Shown here: positions 1 through 12,403 of the stretch, one piece after another
How the letters are laid out: each line of letters begins with the position of its first letter
Position numbering within the stretch: the stretch's first letter is position 1
Source: Balamuthia mandrillaris
Lineage: Eukaryota
Direction: 5' to 3'
Assembly (NCBI GenBank): GCA_031835245.2
Contig: JAVKOQ020000052.1
Span: 62,001-126,000, forward strand
DNA length: 64,000 nucleotides
Position numbers and translations under genes: made by a program
The notes under the pieces: generated by a model
Told to the model about the DNA's origin: nothing
What the model saw: only the letters and a program-made list of their open reading frames with translations
Databases searched by the model: none

Positions 1-421
1 CTGTTGGAAGAAGGGGAAATGTGTTGGTCATCCAAAGCGGCAATCATCGAGTCCAGGATTCCGTCCAGGCTCAAGTCATCTATTTTGTAAAAATAAAAAA
101 GAAATCAAGTTTAGAAAGAGAGAAAACACAAACCGGAAGAAAGAAAAAAACTAACCGTTATTCGCCATTTGAAACTCTTTGGGGACAGTTCTTACTGTCA
201 TTTAGTCAGAGGGAAAGAGCAAAGTTAAGAAAAACAAAAAAATAGGGTTGGACGACGAGAATAGACGTACAGGTAGGGGGTTGAGAGGGTGGGGCGGGTT
301 GAGGAGGGGGAGTGACGGTGGATTCTTTCTTGCCGCTCTTCTTTCCGCTTTTCTTATCTTTGCTGCTGCTGCTGGTGCTTTTCTTTTCTTTCTTGGAGCC
401 TCCTTTTTTTTCTCTGGGCAT
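1..421 (-). CDS. 5' part of a spliced gene of unknown function with a Lys/Ser-rich N-terminus; runs off the window start
   Basis: ATG at 421 gives MPREKKGGSKKEKK...PPSQPP. GT-AG introns join exon 194-156 (LRTVPKEFQMANN) and an exon below ~80 (DDLSLDGILDSMIAALDDQ) in frame. Confidence 0.6.
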
Positions 422-662
422 TCCTTCCGCTTCGGGGTCAAAGAAAAAAAAGAAAAAACACACAACGCAGTATTCTGTTAATGATAACTGTTATTGATTG
501 CATAATTGAGCCAGAACCCAATTATGCAATCAATTCATTACAAAATGAAGATCGTTATCTGCTACACAAAACCTGCACGCATCCACCTGAATTCGTGCAA
601 TTGTTGAGTTCCCCGTAACCTTCGATCTTCCTGCAAGAACACTGAAGAAAAGGCGCAACAAT

Positions 663-720
663 TGACGTCGTTGGGAGGTTCCACGTCATGGAAAACGACC
701 CCTCAGGTGAGTTGCCACGT
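663..720. promoter_or_regulatory. Cluster of ACGT-core bZIP sites (CRE/UPRE-like) upstream of the bZIP gene
   Basis: TGACGTC at 663-669, CCACGTCA at 681-688 (TGACGTGG on the minus strand, a UPRE) and GCCACGT at 714-720, within a divergent promoter. Confidence 0.4.
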
Positions 721-948
721 CCACACATTTCCCTGCCGCGGTGTTGCCTTTTGGTTGGCTACGGGGGGCGTGTGGAACTTTTCCACATTTCGTTTTCACC
801 AAAAAGACCCTCACCAACCACCGCTGCTACTTCTGATTCATTCCCATCCTCAGTTAACACCCAACACTACTTACTTCCTACTTGCTTTTTCTTTTGTTTT
901 CAACAATCAACAACAAAAGTTTAAAAAAAAAAAAACAAGCCAACCGAA

Positions 949-2088
949 ATGGGGGGCGACGAAGCTTCTCATGCGATGCTGGTGGCGGTGATGGAGGAGC
1001 AGCAACAAGAGGTGGATGTGGACTCTTTAGAGACGTTGTTGGGTGGCGGCAACCCGCTGTCCTCCTCTCAGCAGGACCTTCTCTATGGGTTCTCCTGCCA
1101 CCACAACCCCAACTCCACACAACACTTTCAGCTGGAGGAGGAAGAGGAGGACCGCTCCCTCAGCCTCCTTCAGGAACTATTGGCTCCCTCCTCTGCGGCC
1201 TCCGTCACTGCCGTTGAGGGTGGGCTGGAAGACATGTTCTCTGACCACAACACTGTTGGTCAAGCGAGTTCTCTTCCTTACTACCAACAACACAACAATG
1301 GAGCTGCGGCAGCGGCGACTACGACCTGGGATTGTGGCTCGTGGTTGAACCTCTCGGAAGGCGGAAGCTATGAAGGTTGTCTTGAGGTTCCACCGATCGT
1401 TGTCACCTCTTCTTCTTCGTCGCCTTGTTCAACATCTTCAGCTTCGTCGGAAGGAGAGGAAGAGAGCAGCGAGGGAGGAACGTCGTTCCCCACCTCTCCG
1501 GCTTCCTTTGTGGAGGAGCACTCTTCTTTCTTGGGAGTTGGCTCTTCCAACTTTGCTGCTGCTGCTGCTGCTGCTGCTGCCGAGGAGTCCTCTCCTGACG
1601 GCAGTCCTCAATACCTCAGTCAAGCCCTCTTCACCGTCGAACACAACCCTGCTGATTTTACTTCTGTTGCTCCCTCTTCTTGTCCCGTCATCGATCTCAC
1701 GTCTAGCGGTACATTGCAAGAGGAAGAGGAAGAAGCAGCAACAAAAGGCCAGCCATTCCCTTTTGTACAGCCCTCTCAAGGGACAGCAGTAGCAGCCTCC
1801 TCTGCGGCTCGGTCGTTGTCTTCTCCATTGTCCTCTTCTTCTGATGCTTCTGCAAACGAAAGAACCAAAGCGATGGAGGAGGAAGAGGGTTCAGAGTCAA
1901 ACAACACACGCAAGCGTAAACGAACAAGAAAGACAGCCTCTGCTCGTAAGCAGCCTCTTCTCTCTCTCTCTCTCTCTCTCTCCTGTTCTTTTGTTAATGC
2001 TATCTTTTTCTATGGCACACAGCACCCTTGCAAACAGCAGTGTCACTACCAAGAAAGGAATTATTGAAACTATCTAGCGCTGGTACCG

Positions 2089-2125
<37 letters not shown>

Positions 2126-3381
2126 TCTTTCTCGTTCTCGCATTAACAAAAATGATAATGAAAACAGAGCTGGAAGAATATGCAGCCAATCTAAGAAAGA
2201 TACGACCGCTAACTCCACTTGAGGAGAAGGACATTCGGCGGCAACGGCGGTTGATCAAGAACAGGGAGTCGGCCTCCTTGTCTCGCAAGCGAAAGCGCAT
2301 GCACCTGGAGGAGATGGAGGACAAGGTCAACCTCCTGACGGAAGAGAAGGAAACGCTAAAAGAGCAGGTCGACCAGCTCAGCAACCAAAACCAAGAGCTC
2401 CAGCAACAAGTTCATCGGCTTCAAGGCTTGCTGCAAAACGTGTCTTACTTGACTTCTGCCTTGAAGAAGGCAACTTCTATTTCCTCTGCCAACATCAAGC
2501 CGGAGCCAATCGATGTAGAGACTTCAGTAACAGCTGTAGAAGCTGTGCCCTCGTCTACTCGTCCCGACAATAAACCATTAAGGAGTTCTGGCACGGCTGC
2601 TGTTCGTGGCACTTTCCTTCTGGTACGATATTTTTTTTGGTCCCCTTTTATTCTTCCTTTAATTCTAACCAGCACTTATTTTTAGGTTCTCCTGCTTTCA
2701 TTTGGCTTGTTCTTCAATCCGATGATGAGCTTCATGTGGCCGACTTCATCCACCTCTTCTATGACACTTGGCTCTGCTCTCTTCCCTTCCACGTTGATGA
2801 TGCTGCGGGATCAACAGCAATATCAACAATACCTTTTGCCAACTCTATCTTCCGGAGCAGAGGTTAGACCTCCTGCCAACATGTTGCAATCCTTCTCTCC
2901 TCCTTCTCCTTCTTCTTCTTCACTTCATCACGAGAGCATCGCGGAGGAAGAGGCTCTTCAACATCCTCCTGTGGATGCATTTGCCTTCCGCACGACCCGT
3001 TCCCTGTGCAGCATCAACGACTATCCTCAACAAAACGATGTTATCGTCGTTGGCGAGGAGGCGAAGAAGCAGCAACAAGTCTTTGCGCAGATGGACAATC
3101 AACAACATATGCAGAAGCAGCTCAACCAGACAACGATGCATTCCACAAAGGCCAAACATTCCACTTCCACCTTCAACCCATCGCAACAACCACAGCCGAT
3201 GGATACCGTTCTTCTTCCACATCAACAGGGCAAAGGATCCTTGCCTTTGTCTTCTGTTGCCTCAGCGGACAAGCAGCAAGTGCTGATGATGCACGTTGCG
3301 GAAACGCCTGGCTTGATGAGTGTCTCTGCGAATCCCGACAATGATACCTTTGCTTCCTCCTCCTCTTCCTTCCTCTTATGA
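949..3381 (+). CDS. Membrane-anchored bZIP transcription factor, ATF6/CREB3/bZIP28-like, 4 exons (~949-1945, ~2022-2082, ~2169-2622, 2686-3381)
   Basis: Basic region RRQRRLIKNRESASLSRKRK followed by a leucine zipper. The spliced product gives a hydrophobic helix GTFLLVLLLSFGLFFNP and a C-terminal tail. The N-terminus is acidic and Ser-rich. Confidence 0.85.
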
Positions 3382-3513
3382 CACCCTTTCTGTAAAACGT
3401 AACTTATTCCCTTGCAACTCGCTTTTGTTTTATCTTGTATTTTTTTTTTCGTTATTAACTTGAACAAAAACCTATTATCGTTTCTTCTTTCACACACCTT
3501 TTTTCCCTCTCGA

Positions 3514-3552
<39 letters not shown>

Positions 3553-3774
3553 CGAAAGAACGGAGAACACCAAACAAATGGATCATTTTTTTTTTTTTCG
3601 AGGTTTATAGAGAAGAAAAGAGAACACCCAGCCTGCACCAACACCACCCACCATCAACAAACAAACACATTCAGCAAAAAAAAAAGGCTTACACAAACCA
3701 AAACCCTTGTGAAAGGTGGATGAACAAACGTTTCTGGTTTGTCTTCTTTTTTTTTTTCAAAACAATATCTATCC

Positions 3775-6436
3775 TTACGCTATCACCAACTCCTCGATGA
3801 GAGCAGACATGGTGGCGCAGAAGCCGTCCGCGCAGTCAGTCGTAAAGTCGTTGAGGTAGCGGATCTCCTCGCCGATGATGTCGTTAAAGTCGCCCAGCTC
3901 GGCCGAGTCTAGCGCAGACTGGGTGTCATCGAGGATGGAGAGGAGGTCCTCGATGAGGTTCAGGGTGTTACGGGAGGTGAACTCCAGCAGGACGCAGTCC
4001 ATCCGGGCCAGAGAGAAGTCACGGTAATAGACGCACATGCAGGTGCTGTTGTCGCCGTTGCACTCGCCGCAGGCGTCGACCTCGGACCAGGGGACCTCGG
4101 GGTCACAGCCTATGCAAGAGGTGCCGTTGCCGCCGCATTCACCGCAGATGTCTTTCTCCAGCCCAGAGTTGGGAATGCCATCGCAGCCCTTGCAGGTGCT
4201 GTTGTTGCCGCCGCACTCGCCGCAGGCGTCTCTGACGGCCGTACCAAAGGGACAGCCGTTGCAGTCCAGGCAAGAGAGGTCTCCCTCGCAGCTGCCGCAG
4301 ACGTTGGGTGGGTTGGGACCGTTGGGGATGCCATCGCAGTCAGCGCAGGTGGTGCCGTTGCCGCCGCAGACGCCGCACTCGTCGAACCTGGTCCTCAGGG
4401 CGGGGTCGGCCTGGGGCACGCCATCACAGCCGGCGCAGCTGGACCCGTCTCCGCCGCAGATGTTGCAGGCGTCAAACTCCTTGCCGGAGCCACGGACACC
4501 GTCGCAGCCAAGAGGGCAGCGCTCGTTGTTTTCACCACAGTAACCACAGTCGTCGATGACGGCCCCGCTGCCTGGCACTCCGTCGCAACCCCTGCAGCTG
4601 TCTCCGTTGCCACCGCAGACGCCGCACTCGTCCAGCTCCAGCCCGGACCAGGGTCGGCGGTCACAGCCGAGGCACTCAGTCCCGTTTCCAAAGCAGACGC
4701 CACAGACATCGAGATCCCTGTTTCCACCGTTGCAGACTTCGCAGTCATCGTACTCCAGCCCAGAGTTGGGGACACCATCGCAACCAGCGCAGGAGGTGCC
4801 GTTGCCGCCGCATTCATTGCACTCGTCCAACTCCAGTTGACTGAAGGGCTCGTTGTCACAGCCGCTGCGATAGTCGTCCAAGGTAAGAGGAGAGTAGAGG
4901 GTGACGGTCACCGGCCGGCTTTCACGAGGTACGGTGCTGATGACCTTGTACTCGAAGCTGACGGTGCCAAAGAAGTTAACGTCAGGGACCCAGGTCAAGA
5001 CAGGGAAGTTGGGATCACCGGTGATCTGGAGACCCTCTCTATCGATGGCAATACCCTCATGGAAGAGAGTGCCGTTGGCAGGAAGGCTGAGGAACTCGTA
5101 GCTGAGACCACGGTAGCCCCGAGAGGGACGATTGGGAGTAAAAGAAGCTGGTACGATGCCGTAAAGGACGAACTCCCTCTCAGTGTTTGCGATGTAGGGC
5201 ACGTGAGGGGGCTCCACGGCGAGCTCGCTACTGGCCCAGATGTTGGAGTAAGGACTCACTCGGCCCCTGACGGTGGGCACTGTCTGCACGTCATTGATGG
5301 GGAGGTAACCTGATCCGCTGGCGGGCCAAGGGGAAGTTACGTTGATTCCGGAACCTTCGTTCAAAGGGTGGTAGGAAAGAAGGCCCTGCTCGTCGCCCAA
5401 GAGGCCCTTGCCGACGGCGGCCTTGAGCTCATCGTTGCTGAACCAGCGGCTCCAGATGCGCACCTCGTCGATGCGACCGTTGAACCGGCGAGGAACTTCG
5501 GCAAAGAGGGGCTGGTAGAGACCGAGCTGAATCCTGCCGGTGGCTCTTCTGGGAATGAGCTCAGCGGTGTTAAGGTAAGCATCTCTGTAAGGTCCATCGG
5601 GCTCCTCCAACAACCACCTCTGGGTGCCGACCGCCTCTCCTTGAATGTAGATGGCAGCGATGGCATCCACGTAGTTCACCGAAACAGCGACGTGTACCCA
5701 CTGATCCAAGGGCACCTCGCGGTCGCTCTCCAAGTCAAAACCATAACCCACGTCTCCTCCCATCCTGAAGCGAAGAGTACCCCTCTCGGAAACGTCCAAC
5801 AAGAATTCCATTGAGAACAGCAGACCGTTGTTCTCCTGACCCGGAATGGTGTCTGGGTTGAAAGCTCCCTTAAAGGCAATGGGACGCTCTGTCCATTGGT
5901 TCCTTGGGATGTTGGCCAGATGGATGTAAGCCTCCACTGTGAAAGATTGCCATGTGTCGTAGGCGGAAGTCTCGATGTTGAGCGAGGCCGGTTTCACCTG
6001 CGTTGTGGGATCAAACAGGAGCGATGTCAACCCATAACCTCCAACTGGAGTATTGCAGTCCGTTGTGCATGCGGATTGAGCTATTTGTTTTCAGCAAAAG
6101 AAAAAAGTAAAAAACAAGTTAATCTTTGGCCAACAAAAGGAAGTGGAAAACGTCTCGAGCTGCCAAAGCAGAAAAGAGAAGAGTTTGAAGGAAGCCTGCG
6201 CAGATCTTTTAAATAGAAACATCTTTTCCTTTGCTTGTACGTCTTTCTGCTCTCTTCTCCGTCAACCGCCGCTCATCTTTCGCTGCTCTCTTCTTGATTT
6301 TGACCAAGTTTCAAACACAGACACCTTCGCTTCCCCTTCTGCGTACTGCGAAAAAAAGCATCAAACACTCACCTTTGATGTTCAAAGCCAAAAATCCTAT
6401 AAACAGAAAAACAAGCTTGATGCTTCTGAGATGCAT
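3775..6436 (-). CDS. Secreted LamG/concanavalin-like domain protein with an Ig/cadherin-like module and ~10 Cys-rich CDG..DxCGxCGG repeats; exons 6436-6373 and 6080-3775
   Basis: Exon 1 encodes the signal-peptide-like MHLRSIKLVFLFIGFLALNIK with a phase-1 GTGAGT donor that matches the acceptor at 6081. LamG motifs WVHVAV and FNGRIDEVRIW. Ig-like motifs LPANGTL and NFFGTVSFEY. Repeats GCDGVPxSGxxxDxCGVCGGNGTSC. Confidence 0.8.
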
Positions 6437-7285
6437 CCCGTTTCTTTTGTGATGCTATCGCCTCCTCTAATTCACCTCCGACAAGAAGAGCAGAGACTTC
6501 TGGAGAAAAAAAGACGGCTCCCCGCTCCTTCTTTCTTGTTTGCTTTTCTCTTCTTTTCCTCCTGCTCCCCCTAAACAAATAAGAGAGCCGACAAGGAGCA
6601 ACACCTTTTTTTTTTCTTTCGCTTTTGGTTTTATTTTTGCGGCCAAACCCACACCAACCAAAAAACAAATCTCAAATGGGAGGTCTTTTTCAAGGCTTTA
6701 GATTTTTTCTATGAGGCGTAGAAAAGGAATGAAAAGACAAACACCGGCCCCTCCCTATTGGCCTGATTTTATCAATTCTATCGCAGAGGGTAAATTTTTT
6801 TCAGAGATGTTGGCCAACCAGGTCTGAGCTTTGAAAAACAGTAGATCTGCCGTCGACAAAAAGCAAAATACGTCGACACCATACCCAAACCACAAAAGCT
6901 GGTCATTTTGTGCTCCCACCGGAAAATTTCGGAAGACAACCCCTCAACCAGCAGCCAAAAAACATGGACACTGTTTATTCGCGGAGGAAGCAGAAAATAG
7001 GGGTAAATCCCGCGTCAAGTGTGTCCTAAAAACGAACCGACCAACCAGAACAAAGCAAGAAACACGTCATTCGGAGTTGTTTCCGAAGAATTTCTCAGTA
7101 CCAACCTTTCCACCAATGCCCAGCGAGAGTGATTTTTTGTCGTCAGGGGATAAAAAGAGGCCTACCTCAACTCCCTTTTTTTCTTTTTTTTCTTCTTTTT
7201 CTTCGCTTGTTAGTACTTGCTTTACTACACCCCCTTGCTAGCCTTACACTCGGACCTTCCGTCAAAAAAAAAAAATCACTACACA

Positions 7286-8623
7286 ATGGGAAAGGAAAAG
7301 ACCCACGTAAACTTGGTCGTGATCGGCCACGTCGACTCCGGCAAGTCCACCACCACTGGTCACTTGATCTACAAGTGCGGTGGTATCGATAAGCGTGTCA
7401 TCGAGAAGTTCGAGCAGGAGGCCAAGGAAATGGGCAAGGGCTCCTTCAAGTATGCCTGGGTTTTGGACAAACTGAAGGCTGAGCGTGAGCGTGGTATCAC
7501 CATCGACATTGCCCTCTGGAAGTTCGAGTCCCCCAAGTATTACTTCACCATCATCGACGCCCCCGGACACCGTGATTTCATCAAGAACATGATCACTGGT
7601 ACCTCCCAGGCTGACGTTGCCATTCTCATCATCGCCTCCGGTGAGGGTGAGTTCGAGGCTGGTATCTCCAAGAACGGTCAGACTCGTGAGCACGCTCTCT
7701 TGGCCTTCACCTTGGGTGTCAAGCAGATGATCGTGTGCATCAACAAGATGGACGACAAATCCGTCAACTACTCCGAGAAGCGTTATGAGGAAATCAAGAC
7801 TGAGGTCTCCGCTTACCTGAAGAAGGTCGGCTACAACCCCGAGCGTGTGCCCTTCATCCCCATCTCCGGCTGGACTGGTGACAACATGATTGAGCGCTCT
7901 GACAAGCTCCCCTGGTACAAGGGTCCCACTTTGTTGGAGGCCTTGGATCAAATCAAGCCCCCCAAGAGGCCCATCGATAAGCCCCTCCGTGTGCCCCTTC
8001 AGGACGTCTACAAGATCGGCGGTATCGGTACCGTGCCCGTCGGCCGTGTTGAGACTGGTGTTCTCAAGCCCGGCATGACCGTCACCTTCGCCCCCTCTGG
8101 CATCTCCACTGAAGTCAAGTCCGTTGAGATGCACCACGAGGCCCTCCCCCAGGCTACCCCTGGTGACAACGTTGGCTTCAACATCAAGAACGTCTCCGTC
8201 AAGGACATCCGCCGTGGCTTCGTCGCTGGTGACTCCAAGAACGATCCCCCCTTGGAGTGCGAGGACTTCACTGCTCAGGTCATCATCCTGAACCACCCTG
8301 GTCAGATCCACGCTGGTTACGCCCCCGTGTTGGATTGCCACACTGCTCACATTGCCTGCAAGTTCGCTGAGCTCATCACCAAGGTCGACAGGCGTTCTGG
8401 TAAGGAGCTCGAGGCTGCCCCCAAGAACGTGAAGAGCGGAGATGCCGCCATGGTTAAGCTCATCCCCTCCAAGCCCATGTGCGTGGAGAACTTCGCTGAG
8501 TACCCCCCTCTTGGTCGTTTCGCTGTCCGTGACATGCGTCAGACCGTGGCCGTCGGTGTTATCAAGGAGGTCAACAAGAGGGAGGCTGGCAGCAAGGGTG
8601 CCAAGAAGACTGGCAAGAAGTAA
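7286..8623 (+). CDS. EEF1A: Translation elongation factor 1-alpha, intronless
   Basis: [37 protein letters not shown] and [10 protein letters not shown]; strong codon bias. Confidence 0.99.
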   Translation: MGKEKTHVNLVVIGHVDSGKSTTTGHLIYKCGGIDKRVIEKFEQEAKEMGKGSFKYAWVLDKLKAERERGITIDIALWKFESPKYYFTIIDAPGHRDFIKNMITGTSQADVAILIIASGEGEFEAGISKNGQTREHALLAFTLGVKQMIVCINKMDDKSVNYSEKRYEEIKTEVSAYLKKVGYNPERVPFIPISGWTGDNMIERSDKLPWYKGPTLLEALDQIKPPKRPIDKPLRVPLQDVYKIGGIGTVPVGRVETGVLKPGMTVTFAPSGISTEVKSVEMHHEALPQATPGDNVGFNIKNVSVKDIRRGFVAGDSKNDPPLECEDFTAQVIILNHPGQIHAGYAPVLDCHTAHIACKFAELITKVDRRSGKELEAAPKNVKSGDAAMVKLIPSKPMCVENFAEYPPLGRFAVRDMRQTVAVGVIKEVNKREAGSKGAKKTGKK

Positions 8624-9026
8624 AGGACTGGAAGCACAGCGCTGTCTTTTTTTTCTTTACTTTTGTGTCTACTTATTTTTTCCGAACCTAACAAGCACCA
8701 ACAAAACCTTCACAAAAACAACCTCTCTTATTTTATGTTTGCCTCGTTTGCTACCCTGCCTCTGTTGTTTCCCGTTTGCAGTGGAGCGTTTTTTTATAGC
8801 ACTTCCTTTTGTTGGGAGATAGACGTCGCTGTTTCTCTCTCTCTCTCTCTCCTCTCTGTACTCTCTATCTTCGCTGAGGGAGGGGGTTTCTTGTCTGGGG
8901 TTGTTGCGTCTTTTCTAGTATATGAGGGGGGTGGTGTTTCTCCTTTTTGTTTTGGCTGCAAAACAAAAACACGCCAAGCGAAAAAAAGAACACACAATAG
9001 CAAGAAACGTTGCAGAGTTGTTAACC

Positions 9027-9462
9027 ATGGCCGCTAGCAGACAGGTACACACGTTCAACCCTCCCTCCTTCCTTGTGCTTTGTGAACTGCTTCTCCCTGT
9101 GAGTACACTGACCATGCCCATTGTACTGCTCCATTATTCTCTGCTTACTTAGGTGGAGTTTTCCGTTGACATGATGTGTGGAGGATGTGAGAAAGCGGTC
9201 ACAGCTGTGCTCAGCAAGGTTCCAGGTTTGTCTCATCTCCCTCTTGCCCTTCCACTTACCTTCCCACTCCCTCTTTATTCATGTCTACGATTCTGTTCTG
9301 GGACAAAAAAAAAAAGGCGTGACGAGTGTGCGTTGTGATCACCAAAAGAACCAAGTGATCACGGAAGGAACGGCCTCTGTTGGTGATATGCTGGCCGCCA
9401 TTGCAAAGACTGGAAAGACGCACAGCTTAGTTAGGGAAGGAGGCGCTTCTTCTGCTCAGTAA
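9027..9462 (+). CDS. ATX1: Copper chaperone ATX1/ATOX1-like HMA-domain protein, 3 exons (9027-9044, 9153-~9225, ~9317-9462)
   Basis: Spliced product MAASRQVEFSVDMMCGGCEKAV...IAKTGK has the MxCxxC motif and the C-terminal KTGK. Confidence 0.88.
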
Positions 9463-9740
9463 ACCAAAGAAAGCAAGGCACTACACAATAAAACTTGGCT
9501 TCTTGTGAATAAGAAACTTTCGTTACCCAAAAAAAAAAAGAATATAAGCACGGGTACACCCCTTGGGCTCCTGCCTGTCTGCATGCAGTGTCGCAATTGT
9601 GGTCATGGGGAGGCACAGCGGCACAAGGAAGCAAAGCTCTTTGCGTGAAGTAACCAGCAAGAAGCCCTCGGTAAGAGGCTTGGGGACAGAGAGTCCGTCC
9701 ATTGGCAAAGAAAAAAAAAAAAAGGGAAAAAAAACAAAAA

Positions 9741-9820
9741 GGGATCAGGGTGAGACTTGAACTCACAATCCCGCGGTTAATCGATGTGCGGCGCTTTACC
9801 TATTAAGCTACCCAGATCCC
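9741..9820 (-). ncRNA. tRNA-like Pol III gene or pseudo-tRNA with an atypical anticodon arm
   Basis: Minus strand reads GGGATCTGGG TAGCTTAATAGGTAAAGC GCCGC-ACATCGATTAACC-GCGG GATT GTGAG-TTCAAGT-CTCAC CCTGATCCC then TTTTT. It has an A box/D arm, a perfect T arm/B box, a terminal stem and an oligo-T terminator. Confidence 0.7.
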
Positions 9821-10093
9821 TAGGACCATAATCGCCATTTTTACGATGTGTACCGCGCAAGCTATGGCGCTAGGAGGTGGGGGCGATCCGATTCAGCGTA
9901 AATTGCGCGAAATTGTGGTGCTGCAGGCGAAAGCTTTTCTTGACACCTGGCTGGCTCCCCGCCAACCAACCCAAACAGACTATAATTTTTTTTGTTTGGC
10001 CCCTTTCCTTCTCTCCTGTTGGCCCTTCCTCCTCTTAGTTATTTCTTTCCGCACCGCTCTCCTTCTTCTGCAGCTTTAGAAAAGATCATCACA

Positions 10094-10571
10094 ATGGTTG
10101 GTGTTTTGGCCCGCCCCTCCTCATTTTCCTCCTTTGCTTTTCTTTCTCCCATTATCTTTTGTTTGCATGGTTCTGGGAAGCAGGAGTTAGTTCTTGCAGA
10201 ACACCTCACGAAGCTTATTATTGTTGTTGTGGTGGCTTGCTCTGGCAAACTAACCTCATCCCTCTCCTCCTCCCCACTTTTGAAACAATAGTTCCAAAAG
10301 AAAGACAAGAAAGACAAGAAAGACTCGGGCAAGGGCAAAGACAAAAAGGACAAAGAACGATTGAGCGAGAGCTCCTCTTCGGACAGCCCCGTTTCGTCTT
10401 CCTCTTCCACCTCCTCTTTTGCCAACAGTTCCAGAGACTTTAGCGATGGCCTTAGCACCAACCCGCAGCGCAACTTTGCCGCCTTTAAGAGAAAATATAA
10501 AGTTATGAAAGAGGAACTTGGCTCGTACGTTTTTTTCCTCTTCTCCCTTTTCTTCTTCGCTCTTTGCTCTC

Positions 10572-10610
<39 letters not shown>

Positions 10611-10888
10611 GTCTCTTTATTTTCTCTTTTAGTTGTTTCTTAAAGTATGGAGAAACTGACAAACAAATATACAGTGGTGCGTTCTCGGTGGTGCGGCTGG
10701 GAAGGAACCGAGAAACTGGAGAGGAAGTGGCCATCAAGGTCGTGGACAAAAGGAATGTCTCTGAAAACTTCAAAAAGAACCTCGACCGTGAGATACAGAT
10801 CCTCATCAGAGTGGACCATCCTAACATCGTTTGCCTTAAAGACTTGTATGATGCCGGCGATAAGTTCTTGTTTGTGATGGAGCTGTAC

Positions 10889-10931
<43 letters not shown>

Positions 10932-12359
10932 TTACTGGAATGAAATTTACTCTTACTCTATACAACAACAAGTGTTACTGGCGGAGAGCTGTTCGATCGT
11001 ATAGTTCAGAAAGGTTCCTACTCGGAGGACGACGCTAAAGAATTGGTGAAAAGAATCGTTCGCGGTGTCCACTATTTGCATACCAACAATATTGCCCATC
11101 GTGACCTTAAAGTCTGTCCATGCCACTCTTCATCTTCTCTACTTCCCTGTTTCTCTCGTAGCTCTTCTCCTCTCTCAAACCTGCTAACTAACATACATGT
11201 AATGCAGCCAGAGAACTTGTTGCTGAAGAGCAAAGACGATGACGCGGAGGTCAAGATTGCCGATTTTGGTCTATCCTCTTTCATAGACTCACAAAAGCTG
11301 ATGCAAACGGCATGTGGTACTCCCGCCTATGTTGGTACGTATCCTCCATCCATGGCTTTGGCCATGAAAGTAAAACTCATTCCCGAATCTCTTTATGTGA
11401 ACTTTTATATCTCAAACCGCAGCACCGGAGGTTCTGCAGTCCTCCGGAGGTTATGACAAAGAAGTCGGTTCGTATTCCACCCTCTTGTGGTTGTTCTTGT
11501 TGTTCCCTCATTCATTTAGTGTGCATTTTATTGTGCAGACATGTGGAGCGTGGGAGTGATCACCTACATCCTGTACGCATATAGCTACACTTCCTTCTAT
11601 GCTCTTTCTTCTTCTTTCCGCTCTCCTTTCTAATCCATTATCTTGTGGTGATCATCATCAGGCTGTGCGGTTTTCCTCCTTTCCACGCCGACTCGGTCCG
11701 TGCTTTGCTGCAAGTGGTAATTAAGGGAGAGTACAGTTTCCCTTCTCCCTATTGGGATCCCATCTCTTCAGAAGGTATTGCCATTTCTCTCTCTTTGCTC
11801 TCTCCCTCCCTCCCCCCTCCCTCTCTCTCTCTCTCTCTCTCAGGTGAAGAAATTGACCAGCTAAAATGCAGAAGGCAGTGTTCTTTTCTTCCCATCCCTC
11901 CGTGGCTCTCTCTCCTCTCCCTCTCCCTCTCCCCTCTCCCTCTCCCTCTCCCTCTCCCTCTCCCTCTCCCTCTCCTCCTTCCTCTTCTCCTCTCCCTCTC
12001 CCTCTCCCTCTCCCTCTCCCTCTCCCTCTCCCTCTCCTCCCTCTCCCTCTCCTCTCCTCTCCTCTCCCTCTCCCTCTCCCTCTCCCTCTCCCTCTCCCTC
12101 TCCCTCTCCCTCTCCCTCTCCCTCTCCCTCTCCCTCTCCCTCTCCCTCTCCCTCTCCCTCTCCCTCTCCCTCCCTCTCTCTCCTCTCCCTCTCCTCTCCT
12201 CTCCCTCTCCCTCTCCCTCTCCCTCTCCCTCTCTCTCTCTCACCTGGATAACTGACATGTATTGGTCCAGCCAAAAACTTCATTAGCCAACTGCTTACAT
12301 CACCAAGCAAGAGGATGAATGCCAAAGAGGCACTGCAGCACCCGTGGCTCAAGGTTCCC

Positions 12360-12403
<44 letters not shown>

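Noticed and set aside
4037..5814. Several plus-strand ORFs opposite the LamG gene
   Set aside because: Antisense shadows of a GC-rich repetitive CDS.
7262..8350. 362-aa antisense ORF over EF-1alpha
   Set aside because: Shadow of strong codon bias, with no independent motif.
11645..12352. Poly-LS, poly-RE and poly-GE ORFs
   Set aside because: Translations of an intronic microsatellite.
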